A DNA stretch of 64,000 nt, from IMG/VR virus record IMGVR_UViG_3300020461_000002; one strand, given 5' to 3'. Below, in pieces: positions 29,701-38,300 of the stretch; within the stretch, counting starts at the first letter, position 1; every line of letters begins with the position of its first letter. Origin of the DNA: an uncultured virus (IMG/VR IMGVR_UViG_3300020461_000002). Lineage: Duplodnaviria > Heunggongvirae > Uroviricota > Caudoviricetes. The notes under the pieces were generated by a model that saw nothing but the letters and a program-made list of their open reading frames with translations, ran no database searches and was not told the DNA's origin. A program made the position numbers and the translations under genes.

Positions 29701-30783
29701 TTCACTTTAACTTCAGAGCAAAAATCTAGTCATGTTTATTTTAGATTATTCCAAGAAGATAATAGTGGATCTGATTATGATCATTATGGAATTCTAAGTA
29801 TTACTTTCCTTTCTAGTGCAAATGCAGAAATACCAGAATCTACAATTACACTCACAAAAAATCTATTAGAACCAAATCCATCAGGAATTACGGATGCTGC
29901 AGCATCTATAATTCTTGGTAGAAAAATTGATTCTGTAACTATGACAGATTTTGGTGAGGGATATACAGTAGGATCTAATGTTTCGTTTACTGGTGGAAAT
30001 TTTGATAGTGCAGCATCTGCAGAAGTAGGTCAGATTTCTGGTTATGTAGAGTCTTTATCAATATCTTCACCAGGATCTGGTTATAATCCTAATTCTCAAG
30101 TAACACTAGAATTTACGGTTCCAACAGATACGAATGTTGATAACTTGATAACTGGATCTGGCGTTGCAAACGTTGGGTCTAGCGGCACTGTAACATCAGT
30201 CACTTTAACTAATTCTGGAATAGGTTATACACAAATACCATTTGTATCTGCCCCAGTTCCACCTGTTAAAGTTGAATCCATTACAGGAATTGATTTTATT
30301 CAAGGATTTGCTGGTATTGTTACAGGAATTACTCAGGTCTCAGGAGTCGGAACAGCACTAGGATTACAATTTGATCTTCAGATTGAATCTGGTGATTTCT
30401 TATCTCTATCACAAGGATATCCAATTTATGTTTATGATACACATGTTGGATCTGGTGTTACATCAATTGATACAACAGATTCTCAAACAGTTGGAATTGG
30501 GACAACTTTCTTGGATAATATATATTATGTTCATAGTATAACAAGAGACGGTGTAAATGCAGTTGTAACTGCAAATGTTAAGTCTGATTCAAATATTACC
30601 GGCATTTCTACTACTGGATTGAATCTAGGCAAATTCTCTTGGGGAAGATTAGATTTCTCTAAGAGAGGACTAAATGCAATTGCTATTGACATATCAGATT
30701 ACACTGCTGGAGGTCTTTCTACATATCCTCAAATACAAAGAAGAGGTTATGGATTAAGGAACACAGGATCTCTTAGTTATTAG
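14752..30783 (+). CDS. gp7: Giant baseplate wedge initiator (gp7-like, 5343 aa), multidomain
   Basis: Lies between gp6 and gp8; N-terminal QLP.FI..FVEFL..YY, LYKTKGTEESF.ILF; internal HPTG motif; many GxGY repeats and inserted domains. Confidence 0.8.
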   Translation: MLREGFDIRVKTSQIVQNQLPRFIGEENTNFVEFLTQYYLSQEFQGGPTDILDNLDQYLNLDILTEDIVSRTYSLTQSVNYGDEEIYVDSTLGFPDEYGLLKINNEIISYKEKTATSFSGCLRGFSGIEAYEEGNYGTELVFKSTEIDKHQSGDTVENLSNVFLKQFYKKIKGFLTPELENLKFVDGLNVGTFLKESSTLYKTKGTEESFRILFNVLYGITPSILNLEEQLVKPSSADYIRRKVIFGELLEGLNPDLIVGQTLVSSDGTANGPISEIEIVKKRGKFTYKISLFEGYDDRSLINGTFNITASSKVIGNFPINSKTLSVDSTIGFPESGTILCGDNTITYTEKTVNQFLNCSGILNEISDSDSVRDPQYVYAYENGDITKIVRFSVSNILSEINFPEDTTLTNDDESITVINLGDNVVNPQLNKTYKELLFNSWIYNTSSRYQIESSESNTTHTTKDLLDKSSMKKGDEVEIVDRRLNTVYGIGRIADATNYSLKLESYVNISGVALNTRIVDVKRRLKYASSSSEELKYPNLLANIQNVYSDGNDYAYVATNSLPDFEIKSDFASRFIDNADNINVINNSIIFPQIQLPLPFITGDEVIYIAENEANPITGLTSGRNYFIKIVSEDSVRLYVSKSFIYTDKFIEISVSQNHPSGKHSLTLLRQFNKKITSSKSLRKITLKPKTNNGQKELTTAGKPVGMLVNGTEIISYKGTDEIYYGPISGKTIYNNGTDYDVIDAPMLSVSSPQVSTGATSFITPVLEGSVKSILLDTPEVEVNTVSFVRIVGGNGSGCILDPIIERKQSQFEFDALNSLNVLAETITFAQDHNLTDGQEIIYNANGNSEIGIGTYYGSNADQSETLLDGGSYYAKVFNSNTIQLYGNQSDYKAGINTIGFTTTGNRGIHKFRTIDFKNVLVDIKVESEGSGYTNRNLIVKPEGISTQDSKVKFTNHGFKDGELVKYTSDSPISGLSTTNQYYVLKLNDNEFKLANAGVGGTITTEYERRDYVRFTSTGTGYQKFNYPDIQVDIGVSYATTSRTIVAKPLIKGSIIDAYVYEEGSDYGSVILNYHNRPAVTVKQGKDGSVRPVIINGRIIDVVVETTGSEFFSKPDLIVNSSTGTGVKLNPVISGGKLVDVIVIKSGAGYSANDTIQVKASGSSFNIDLNVRELKVNALNRFGSEYLNSFGTTQDDEVLYSVLGYNDTIRESLSDNRGSEEKPDHSPIIGWAYDGNPIYGPFGYTDPSDSSAVSLLKSGYKLRTDLVKNRPVSDDFGDGFFVEDYVYDGSGDLDVYNGRYAKTPEFPNGIYAYYGSIEANPKVISSFIPQFPYFIGNFFKSKFEEDVFDINQTNYDFSTGKIQRNTFPYRIGSEYSSTDYVDFVYDKGSISATVEEASRGGVTSFNIIDSGSGYKVGDTINVDNTETGGSGASAIVKSVEGKTIDNISTISDLYESATIIKRSFDTLDLYIQPYHDLNDQSFITLYQPSFFTNPAEIPLFGTRKDPIHPQTQQTKITYSSGFSGAKYGSAVAIGNSTLVVANDATIGAVYAYDMNGGNEVIISASDFANDDAFGISVAVGNNKIVVGASSDDDGGNATGSVYVYNLDGTGEVKITASDAAEDDQFGRSVDVGDNKIVVGAFNDNSSAGSAYIYNLDGTGEVKITASDADPDDTFGRAVAIGHSKVVIGAPFADETANNTGTVYIFDQDGTNQVKVTASDNTVSTLNRKFGEALAVGSNKIVVGAPGVENEKGAVYIYNMDGTGEVKIQASDGIASDKFGSSVAISDNYVIVGAWGDDDDGSTSGSAYIYNLDGTNERKVTASNAGASDRFGYAVAVGANVAIVGAPYEDADANNAGAIYRFTLDAVTIVPTFEIANYGSLREVSIPGLSGIHKIDVSKHSSILVKEIPATTVGIITDIYVAEIPSNVSIGSSIKIGTEVMSILNKFNTNRILRVHRNAGGIHTETSKVDYLPESFSIKLSTEDFESNVNRRVYFNPTESVGVGTTSGLGLEINYSVGELSKSVSVETSSIFIPNHPFEDNQRVRLHRPSSAANPLLAYDSETDTSEYFPASSDLTKDFYIVNKGIDFIGLATAPGRDQGLYFEDNGTDSYEYFFEIFKPRTIVDAEVISTTVTTSVDHGLVSGDIINLELISDQNVGIAFTETSVNVKYNNEYNKLLLSTVGFGSEAVNPLTNRITLQNHKYSTGDKVFYDHSNNSSITGLSTGEYYVVRIDKDKFNLSETYKDTIADPQVVVSFGSTGGGSQSLSLINPSINVTKNDTLVFDVGDASLENTRLEFFYDNRFINEFVSTGSTNQFNVQRIGTPGAGIGTNIVSIRPLNGIDTELFYSLRKGTEVISSDLDVVSYSSIKTKESDYTGKHTIIGSGTTTFNIVIKNRPERISYASSEISSLKYTTSSTGAVGGISEIRPVFEGIGYEKLPRFTGFNSTTGINAKIQLDTTNIGKINDIKIKNEGIIYPSDFTLAPQGRSSLICNIIDNQEITRVDITFGGRNYYTPPSFVCVDSASRKVIEGVAFKATLSSGSITDVDIISSAKGLASVQHELFTVNNTNGINIRSLTATAEGLVTATLSTPIVGFSTFAPPFAIGDEVFVEGIAKTSGKGFNSEDYGHKFFKVTDYQPTNPAVVIFDIGEDPGVAAAIQSFATIINKKEYPVFNAVQENSTFFDNESILLNYGAGFFKSDYIVDDYVGTYIKLKGKGAIQNNIEIKGEKSGSIAKVENFSFNDGNFVTSATASQVGGWNNETGLLSFDQQVIEDNDYYQSLSYSIRSSVPFDQLSDTVNRIVHPTGLKNFADVQIENSVSVDVINQSKTVLIADFINDARADQRNGLDLVLDSSISDEKTRDIRFLNKKLTDYFKCKTNRVLPIDDISGKFSSKNFGQETYANLAIYPDYVGYSRFLIQTIGVGNTNFQIDDVVVLNDKLNAYTVNRGQIGNTYEPFIEHNGNMDQGVMYLRAQPEDPENSSYTFKSIRGYHNTSQTGIGTTSVGKVKLTTKSEKIESGISTNFSVIQNQNTNGLMIEAFVRDLVTNDINFIELAIDHDGNNAYVAEYFIDSVALISGTSGIPIGSFGATINSGYLNVSYENNSSNPVELKSKTYNFEPTQSAGITTYRFKPNSQPDGSERTARYETRHKVVAIATDATNPSEEIVSIDINLDSAFKSILKINHDDQTSIHQVLVGYDGTDTYVLPKYYVSIGNTTGLGTFSATTDSQNIILKFHPEPGDTGRYDITSYSEILYRELDRETEKVDLEYGTIEEEVLVTKYNSINGLGNDQLEFELKYDETPIFAKSIAPSSDNINQSTGLITIKDHFFSPGEELIYTPGSTYAGVSSSPIGIGTTQVGGTIFTGSVITGVSTISATTFTDATDKNLIEVGQTLEGEGITSGSTIVSIGQTFQYFVATSTGNTTATGIAATSIFATGANVFGSNGTSVGSIVSIGADSITLDANFPSGTATYYTDNLGFGISMSNAGTATTITGSYSCGLTTDKMPSRVYCIRFNADTFKLTGVKNSGIGFTFTDYGQGNDHMFEMKKKNEKSLIAVDNITQYPILYTEINHTLGIPVNDTGEFITLTGISSINPRDIVKVDDEYMKIVNVGLATQAAGPITGIGNFNLIEVTRGVVGSAATSHAASSEARVYHGSYNIVGDKIFFLEAPKGVGDNDKRDSRNLPLTKSTFSGRVFLRNDYSKNLIYDDISPKFTGIGQTFDITYEGQEVDYIEPGSGILFINEIFQTPTTENNAGNNYELESTNSTSDITFTGIKSPLTNQLIISDYDVNQNALPRGGVIVSLGSTSGLGYAPLIGSKVAFDINGSGTIVGVKDSPSIGESLGIVTAQYDNVTGILTVTTQQNHYFNGLGDYVYLDNLEFSCTKINVGTPNGFTYDPSTGISTISFASAHGLTNGDAISIDTDSITFTCTQGPGNHTYPRATDPANGQYLTISNVSANSFQVNVGTGGTGTSPHTFVSATANAIKTLNYQGFTTSFFPDGTLGNIFPVISTDGTTSFAANIGISTIPHIYEGGGQAFPHYPDLTPGSGYYGEVSIGITFASHTGSAANITATVGAGGSLSYNIVDGGSGYSNAFSEVQPPSYGALEVVGVSRLGSGITTETGSGLLLDLNVEPSERRMPDRFSDAANLILRNKLFIADVAVGKMLAQYPSFSVPGGDQNCKDDVVDVIESIAYNLEFSGNGNVYDSANLYITGAHVAGEEAQSITAFEEAKTAMISAMRNEAIDNTAPLGGSFAETSALIEANRTLLIDESIDRMLLANPTFFFPTGPAACRADVNLIIDAILTNLSSGGNNAVYDIALTFANNATDAYLAGAGQATLSDEIIQNLEDLLRDIAQNITFNITGASSETQVTNPSMTVDAAVDTAIQDLITILRTAINANTVSVTRTSASLLTSRIQYFDNTITTDPAGIPYCANVASAIDSFVGIVTFAIGNGTLPNRTPSFLEQFEVKDFKIARNGYNFRRGDKLTAVGLVTAAGLSAPVETFELEVLGTFQDSAALWQFGELDFIDSIKPYQTEPRTRFPLYRNNELISFEIDKNDPDSVLIDLEALLLVFVNGILQEPNKSYNFFGGTSIIFVEPIRPEDEVDIFFYRGTRGKDSFLEDVSPDVQIGDFIRINKNNEHPTSKTQEERIIFDVLESDLIETNVYSGTGINTTTPRPITLLPQKRDRIINSVVVSKKRQLLSSQIYPISRVIKSITQSDTEIFVDDAQQFFYEEGAPISQTISSVGGLLVDDVEVSQASITPSLLLGGVVKVSITNSGSGYETPPTVGFTGGLRAQGTAVLSSSGLFKRFVIDNPGSNFTYPPVVTFGGGLAAQSATASIGAGGTVTGITLDGITLDTSDNSNIYEFGSGTSIVPNGSGSGTTGGFSIGSPHLRFGGSSGTRFVTFNPIDSRSIDTVRVYAIRGNDTNGGETPDIQGIEDLRIQYQITDQGVAVDNGKWIDMGIVISAVDNGTGAGVLENYDFTLTSEQKSSHVYFRLFQEDNSGSDYDHYGILSITFLSSANAEIPESTITLTKNLLEPNPSGITDAAASIILGRKIDSVTMTDFGEGYTVGSNVSFTGGNFDSAASAEVGQISGYVESLSISSPGSGYNPNSQVTLEFTVPTDTNVDNLITGSGVANVGSSGTVTSVTLTNSGIGYTQIPFVSAPVPPVKVESITGIDFIQGFAGIVTGITQVSGVGTALGLQFDLQIESGDFLSLSQGYPIYVYDTHVGSGVTSIDTTDSQTVGIGTTFLDNIYYVHSITRDGVNAVVTANVKSDSNITGISTTGLNLGKFSWGRLDFSKRGLNAIAIDISDYTAGGLSTYPQIQRRGYGLRNTGSLSY
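18427..18765 (+). other. YHYH-like domain segment within gp7
   Basis: HSPIIGWAYDGNPIYGP..GDLDVYNGR..TPEFPNGIYAYY..FPYFIG. Confidence 0.65.
19297..20340 (+). repeat. Seven FG-GAP repeats (beta-propeller) within gp7
   Basis: Repeated KITASD..D.FG.SVA(V/I)G..IVVGA..D..G..Y(I/V)Y..DG; identical 49-bp stretches at 19564-19612 and 19711-19759. Confidence 0.85.
27169..28110 (+). other. Two nested phycobiliprotein-like (globin-fold) domains within gp7
   Basis: RFSDAANLILRN..A...M.AQYP....PGG..CKDD; second copy ..NP....TGPAACRAD..; closing helix DPAGIPYCANVASAIDSF. Confidence 0.6.
29340..29812 (+). other. Reelin-subrepeat/carbohydrate-binding-like jelly-roll domain within gp7
   Basis: HLRFG..RFVTFNPID..GGETPD..EDLRIQY..FRLFQ..YDHYGILSITF. 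Confidence 0.45.
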
Positions 30784-30784
30784 G

Positions 30785-30792
30785 TATAAATA
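30785..30792 (+). promoter_or_regulatory. T4-type late promoter
   Basis: TATAAATA upstream of gp8. Confidence 0.8.
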
Positions 30793-30807
30793 GAAGAAAA
30801 AACCGAA

Positions 30808-32376
30808 ATGACAGGGGCAATAGTTACAGACCAATTTAGAATTGCTAATGCAAAGAACTTCATTGATTCTGTGAACAATGAAGCGGATTCTTATTACATG
30901 TTCATGGGTCTTGCAAATCCAGCTGTTACTGGTTATGGAAGAACCGAATCGTGGAATACAAGTCCACCCATTCCAACAGATAATATTTCCAAACTGGCGC
31001 ATACCAGAGATACGATTTTATTTGGCAGAAAAATTAAATCTGTCAATATTAGAAGAATTGTTAGAAGAATTGCTTGGAATGCTGGTACAAAATATGAAAT
31101 GTACAGACATGATTATGGTGTAGATAATTTATCACCAGTTACACAATCCTCTAGATTGTATGATTCAAATTTCTATGTTATAAACTCCGATTTTAAAGTT
31201 TATATTTGTATCGATAATGGTTCTAGTGTAGATAATCCAACTGGTAATCCATCTTTAGATGAACCTAAATTCACTGGATTAGAACCATCTAGAGCGGGAG
31301 AAAGTGGTGATGGGTATGTTTGGAAATATCTATTTACAATAGCACCATCTGATATCATCAAGTTTGATTCAACTGAATATATTCCTGTACCAAATGATTG
31401 GGAAACTACAACGGCAGAAGATATAAAAGTAGTCAGAGATAGTGCAAACTCCGATGTAAATAATAATCAAATAAAGAAAATTTACATCAAGAATAGGGGT
31501 GGAAACTATTCGACTCCAGATGGTGGTGGAAGATGTGATATTTTAGGTGATGGTACTGGTGGAGAAGCAATTATTGAAGTTAATTCTCTAGGAGAAATAA
31601 CTAATGCAACTATTGCAAATGGTGGTCAGGGATATACTTATGGTATTGTAGATCTGGATAATTTTAATGGGTTAGTTGGAACTGGTGGAGGTTCATTTGC
31701 AGAATTACTTCCAATTATTCCACCTGATAAGGGACATGGTTCTAACATTTATACGGAATTAGGTTCAGATAAAGTTTTGATCTATGTGAGATTTGATGAT
31801 TCATCTAAAGATTTTCCTTTAGATACTAAATTTGCACAAATTGGAATTATTAAAAATCCGAAGCAATTTAATTCTAACTCCGCATTAATTAGTTCTGATT
31901 TTTCTGGACTTTACTCATTAAAACTAAACGAAGATAATTTAACAGTTACAATAGGTCAAGAAATTACCCAAACAGTAACTGATGAAAATGGCAATGATGT
32001 TAAAGCAAAAGGTTATGTTGCTTCATATGATAGTGAAACTAAAGTTTTAAAATATTACAATGATAGAAGTTTATTTTTTGGAGATACACTAACACATAAA
32101 GATTATGTTGGCATTTCTTCTGATGCTAAGTTAGTTGATTTTAGTGCTACTGGTGGTCCAATTTCACCTATTGGAGCATCAATTGATACAAACTTTACAG
32201 GTATATCTACAACAGTAGCAACAAGAATTATTGATCTTGGTGTTCAATTCCAATCTGGAGTTGCTTTTCCTGAGATAAATAAGAAGACAGGTGAGATTAT
32301 TTACTTGGATAATAGAACACTAGTTTCCAGAAATCCAAGGCAAAAAGAGGACATCAAAGTAATACTGGAATTCTAA
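30808..32376 (+). CDS. gp8: Baseplate wedge subunit gp8
   Basis: AIVTDQFRI.NA.NF; VYICIDN; DGYVWKYLFT; C-terminal GEIIYLDNR..Q.EDIKVILEF. Confidence 0.92.
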   Translation: MTGAIVTDQFRIANAKNFIDSVNNEADSYYMFMGLANPAVTGYGRTESWNTSPPIPTDNISKLAHTRDTILFGRKIKSVNIRRIVRRIAWNAGTKYEMYRHDYGVDNLSPVTQSSRLYDSNFYVINSDFKVYICIDNGSSVDNPTGNPSLDEPKFTGLEPSRAGESGDGYVWKYLFTIAPSDIIKFDSTEYIPVPNDWETTTAEDIKVVRDSANSDVNNNQIKKIYIKNRGGNYSTPDGGGRCDILGDGTGGEAIIEVNSLGEITNATIANGGQGYTYGIVDLDNFNGLVGTGGGSFAELLPIIPPDKGHGSNIYTELGSDKVLIYVRFDDSSKDFPLDTKFAQIGIIKNPKQFNSNSALISSDFSGLYSLKLNEDNLTVTIGQEITQTVTDENGNDVKAKGYVASYDSETKVLKYYNDRSLFFGDTLTHKDYVGISSDAKLVDFSATGGPISPIGASIDTNFTGISTTVATRIIDLGVQFQSGVAFPEINKKTGEIIYLDNRTLVSRNPRQKEDIKVILEF

Positions 32377-32380
32377 GAAA

Positions 32381-35300
32381 ATGCCACAAAAGACTAATTT
32401 AAATACTAATCCATATTATGATGATTTTTCGCAATCGAAAAATTTTCATAAAGTATTGTTTAAACCTGGTTTTCCTGTACAAGCGAGAGAATTAACTACA
32501 ATTCAATCGATATTACAGAACCAGATTGAGTCTTTTGGAAATCATTTTTTCAAAGATGGTTCTATCATAATTCCAGGTTCACTTTCTTATGAAAGTAGAT
32601 TTTATGCTGTAAAGTTAAATCCAACTTATTTGGGTAATGATGTCTCATTATATCTTTCTCAATTAGTTGGTAAAGAGATACGTGGAGAAGATTCTCAGGT
32701 TAAAGCAATTGTTAGATTTTACCTTCCAGCAGCACAATCTGATGAAGGTCTAGAAACCTTATATATTGGATATAGAGGAGGAGATAGTAGCAATGAGTTT
32801 TCACCTTTTGTGGAGGGTGAAAACTTAATTACAAATGAAAGTATTACCTTTGGTGGCACTTCAATTGCTGCAGGTGATTCATTTGCAACAACAGTTGATA
32901 TTGATGCAACAGCAATAGGATCTGCGTGCTTAATAAATGAAGGAATTTATTATATTAGAGGAAATTTTGTAAGGGTTGATCCAGATACACTGATCTTAGA
33001 TCAATATACAAATACTCCATCATATAGAGTTGGTTTAACTATCACTGAAGAAATTATAACAGCAAAAGCAGATGATAGTTTGTATGATAATGCAAAAGGT
33101 TTTTCAAACTATTCTGCACCAGGTGCTGACAGACTAAAAATTGGAACAACTTTATCTAAAAAAGAATTAACAGATTATGATGATAAGAATTTTGTAGAAA
33201 TTCTTAGAGTAATTGATGGTGAGATAAAGAAAATACAAGATAAAGTTGAGTATAATACAATCTTAGATTATCTTGCACAAAGAACATATGAAGAATCTGG
33301 TGATTATTCAATCACTCCTTTTGAGATTACTCCAGAAAATTCTTTAAATGATGAAATTGGATCAGCAGGAGTATATTTAGAATCACAAACAACCGATGAT
33401 GGAAATGAACCATCAGATGATTTATTAACTTACAAAATCTCTCCAGGCAAAGCATATGTAAGAGGGTTTGATATCAAGACTCAGTTTAGTCTTATTGACT
33501 CACCAAAACCAAGAACAACTGAAACATCTGATTTGTCTTCTATACCATTTGAGATGGGTAATCTCATAAAGGTTAATAATGTACGTGGAGTTCCTAGAAC
33601 AGATTTAAATACTAATAATACTATTGATCTTTATAGTAAAAGAAAACTTACAAATGGAACAAATGATGGTTCTGTAATTGGTAAAGCAAGGGTATATAGT
33701 TTTAATACTTCTAACATTCCGTATGTTGATACATCATCCGAATGGGACTTATATTTGTATGATATACAAACCTATACATCAATAGAACTAAATGAACCTT
33801 TAACCTCTTCAGAATGTCCAGAAACTTCTTACATTGAAGGAAAAAGTAGTGCAGCATTTGGTTATGCAACGGCAGATGCTTCATCTGCTACTATTTTAGT
33901 TTCTGATACATCAGGTCAGTTTTTAGTCGGTGAGCAGGTTAAAATAAATGGAAATACTGAAATTTCAAGAACTGTCAAATCCGTAACAACTTATAGTACT
34001 AGTGATATTAAATCAGTAAATCAATCAGCAGTTGTTGATAGTGTAAACATATTTGGTTGGACAAATGCGTTTACTGCAGACACTGTATTAGATAGAGTTG
34101 TCCCTGCAAAATTTACTGCAGCAGACAGATTAATGGTTAACGGCACTGTTGCAACATGTCCAGGAAAAACCTTTGATAATATAAAGATTGGATCTATTAT
34201 TAGATTTCAAGAAGCTGGAAATAATGTTGAAACATTTAATAGAATTAGTGCAATTTCTTCCAATAAGAAAACATTAACCCTAGAAGGAGTAGCAACAGTT
34301 GCTAATGTATGTGACGGAACAACTACATCAGAAGCAAAAGAAGTTGCTTTTGCATTAGGAGTTACAAAAGTAAAAAATGAAGAAAATGCATTTTTGTATG
34401 CTAAACTTGCACATGAAAATGTTGAAAATGTTGATTTAGCAAAAACAAATTTAGTAACTTATCAACAGGTTGCTGGAAAATCAACAGATGCTAATGGAGT
34501 ATTAACTGTAACTATTGCAGATACTGGTTTAACTTCTGGATTTTTTGAATCATTTGATGTAGAAAGATATTCAGTCAGTTATACTGATGGAACAATTATT
34601 GCACCCTTAAAGGCAGATCAATTTACATTTAATGGAGACTCTACTGAAGTAACAATTAGTGGTCTTCTTGACAATAAAACAAATGTCGTTGTAAATGTAA
34701 CTGTTAAAAAAGCAATAGTAAGAAATAAGGTTAAAAAATATCAAAGAAGTAATAAACTAGTTGTTTCAAAAACTAATTCAAACGCTAAAATTTTAGAAAA
34801 TGGATTAACTAAAAACACATATTATGGTCTTAGAGTTGAAGACAAAGAAATTAGTTTGAATACTATTGATGCAGTAAAAGTACTTGCAATATATGAGTCT
34901 TTAGATCAGAGTGAAGCTATTCTGGATTCTTTAACTTTTATATCTTCTTTGAATTTGGATTTGGCGGCAATTCCTGGAGAAAAAGTTAGAGGGTTAAATT
35001 CTGGAGCAATTGCACAAGTAGTTTCAGGAACTTCTGCAGATAGAATTGATATTGTTCACCTAAATCAGTTTAAATTTGATTTAGGTGAGACAGTAGTCTT
35101 TGAAGAGTCTGGCATTCAAGCAATACTACAAGCACTTGCAGATGGAACTTATATTAATAGAACTGCTAACTATAGATTAGATAAGGGTCATAAGCAACAA
35201 TTATTAGACTATTCTAGAATTGTTAGAACATCTGGTGCCACTCCTTCTAGAAAACTTACTATTATTTTTGATAAGTATCAAACTCCATCTAATGATACTG

Positions 35301-38300
35301 GCGATATTTACACAGTGAATAGTTATGGTAAAGAGAGATATACTACAGATATTCCTACTTTAGTAGATGGAACTAGATGTTCTGATATTATTGATATTAG
35401 ACCTCAATTAGCAGATTTTGATCCAACTAGTTCATACTCACCATTTTCTTTTAAAGCTAGAACAAGCAATCCAGCAACCAATACAAACAATTCAATTCTT
35501 TCTCCAAATGAAAATACTTTAATTGGTTATTCATACTATTTGCCAAGAATTGATAAATTAGTTTTACATAAATCTGGGGTATTTAAACTTGTTCAAGGAA
35601 CTGCAGAATTAGAACCAAAAGAACCCAATTTGATTGAAGATGGTATGCATGTTGCTACCATGTCTTTACCAGCATATCTATATGATCCAGACGATATTAC
35701 TGTTACATTGAAGGATAATAGAAGATACACCATGAGAGACATTGGTGATATTGAAGACAGGGTTAAAAATCTTGAAGAATTAACATCATTATCACTTTTA
35801 GAACTTGATACGAAAACCCTTCAAATTCAGGATGCTGATGGGTTGACTAGATTTAAATCTGGTTTCTTTGTTGATGATTTTTCATCTGCAGATATGATTG
35901 ATAAAGATAATCCAGATGTAAAATCCAGTATATTTAAAGATGAAAAATCATTATCATCAAAAGTTGATTTATTTACTGTAAAAACGATTGCTGCGCCAAG
36001 CACAGGTACTTCATTGAAAACTTTATCATATGATACAGATTATACACTATTTGATGAGAATGTACAAAAGAGTGGTGAATTTGCTACTTTAGCATATGAG
36101 GAAGAAATTTGGACCAATTTAACACAACCACTTGCAACTAGAAGTGAAAATGTCAATCCATTTGCTGTTGTAGAGCTGGAAGGAAATCTAACTTTAACTC
36201 CAAAATCTGATACGTGGATTAGAGATGTTGTTCTTAATAGAGGCAAAACTAGACTGGAATGGGGTGCTCCACGAACATATCTTGATAAGGTTCTTGATAC
36301 CAGCACTGCTGATACACACATGAGATCTAGAAATGTTCAGTTTTATGCAACTGGATTATTTCCACTAGTTAATCATTTCTCTTTCTTAGATAAAAATAAA
36401 TCTATTGATATTATTCCAAAATTACTTCAGATTTCCATGGTTTCTGGTACATTCCAAGTTGGAGAAACTGTTGAAGGATTTGATGGCAATAATAAGATTA
36501 TTACTTTTAGAGTTGCTAGTCAAAATCATAAAAAAGGACCACATAACAATCCAACAACAGTATACTCTTCCAATCCATACAGTCAAAATACAGACCTTCC
36601 TGGATATAACTCAGCATCGACAGTTCTTAATGTAGATATTGCAGCATTAGCACAAGATGCTATAGGAAGTAATTTTGGATTCGTTAAAAAAGGTATGACC
36701 CTGAGCGGAAAAACTTCTAAAGCAGAAGCAACTGTTTCTGATGTTAAATTGATTACTGATAATGCAGGAACCGCAATAGGATCATTTTTCATAAGAGATC
36801 CTAATGCAACACCTGCACCACTAGTAAAAATTAAAACAGGAACAAAAGTATTTAAATTGTCATCCAGTTCTCTTGATGAGAAAGAATTGCCTTCTGGATA
36901 TCTCCTTTCAGAAGCAGAAGGGCAGTATTCATCTTCAGGAACGGTAAGAACGTTTGATAGTGTTACTGTAACTGTTAGAAATCCACCCCCACCACCACCA
37001 CCTAGACGTCGCAGGAGTGATCCTTTAGCACAAACATTTACTACAGATTCTAAAGGAGGATTTGTAAAATCTGTTGATATTTGGATGAGAGAAAAAGATA
37101 CTAATATTAATTTAACTGTAGAAATTAGAAAAGTTGAATTGGGAATACCAACCAATGAATTGTGTGATGAGGGAGCACGCGTCGAACTTACACCATCTCA
37201 AATTACCACTAGTACAGATGCTAATGACGCATCATTTACTAATGTAGAATTCCCTGCTCCAATTTATTTGGAACCAGATACTGAATATGCACTCGTACTT
37301 CTTGCCCCACAATCTGTCAATTATCTTGCATGGATTGCTAGAGTGGGTGAATCAACTGTTACAACATCATCTTTACCAAATGTTGAGTCTGTAATTTATT
37401 CTAGACAATATACTGGTGGTTCATTATTCAAATCACAAAATGGAACTGTATGGACACCAAGTCAATTTGAAGATTTGAAATTTAGAATGAATAGATGTAA
37501 ATTTACATCAGATTCTGGAACTTTATTCCTTTATGCTCCAACATTACAGGAATCAATTTCATCTGATGATACTAATACTTATAAAACCATAGAAGATCCA
37601 ATTACAACTTTACCAAGAAAACTTATTGTAGGTGTTAATACATCTACTACGTTATCAACAGTATTACAAATTGGTACAAAAGTTGGAGTTGGTAATAGTG
37701 TAACTGGTCTTATTGAAAATATTGGAGGTCAAATATCAAGTTCTAATGGTCTAACTATAACAAAAGCAGGATCTGGATATAAGACTAATACTTATACTGA
37801 TGTTCCTTTATATTCAGAAACTGGGAACGGAACTGGTGCAACTGCAACAGTACTGATTGCTGGAGATTTTAATGTAGATTCAATAACAATCACAAATAAA
37901 GGAGATGGTTATGTTACTGGTGATGTTCTTGGAATAACCACTTCTGCTGTAGGAAATACTGGATCAGGTGCTAAAATAACAGTTGCTGATACAACAGGTG
38001 TTAACACACTGTATTTAACCAATGTTAATGGAGAAACCTTTAAACCAAATGCATCTACACCATTAGTATATTATGTTGGAGATACACCGGTTTCTATGGG
38101 TTCAACCTTTGTACAGAGAAGTGAGGTTCTAAATGATTATTATCAAGGTAACGTAATTGAAGTATTTGATCATGGTCATGCAATGCATTCTTCTCTCAAT
38201 AAAGTTTCTCTTGCAGGAGTCTTCCCAACGACAACACCTGTAAAGATTGATGCCGATATAACCAGTTCCTCCAATCAGATTACAGTTGATAATATTACTG

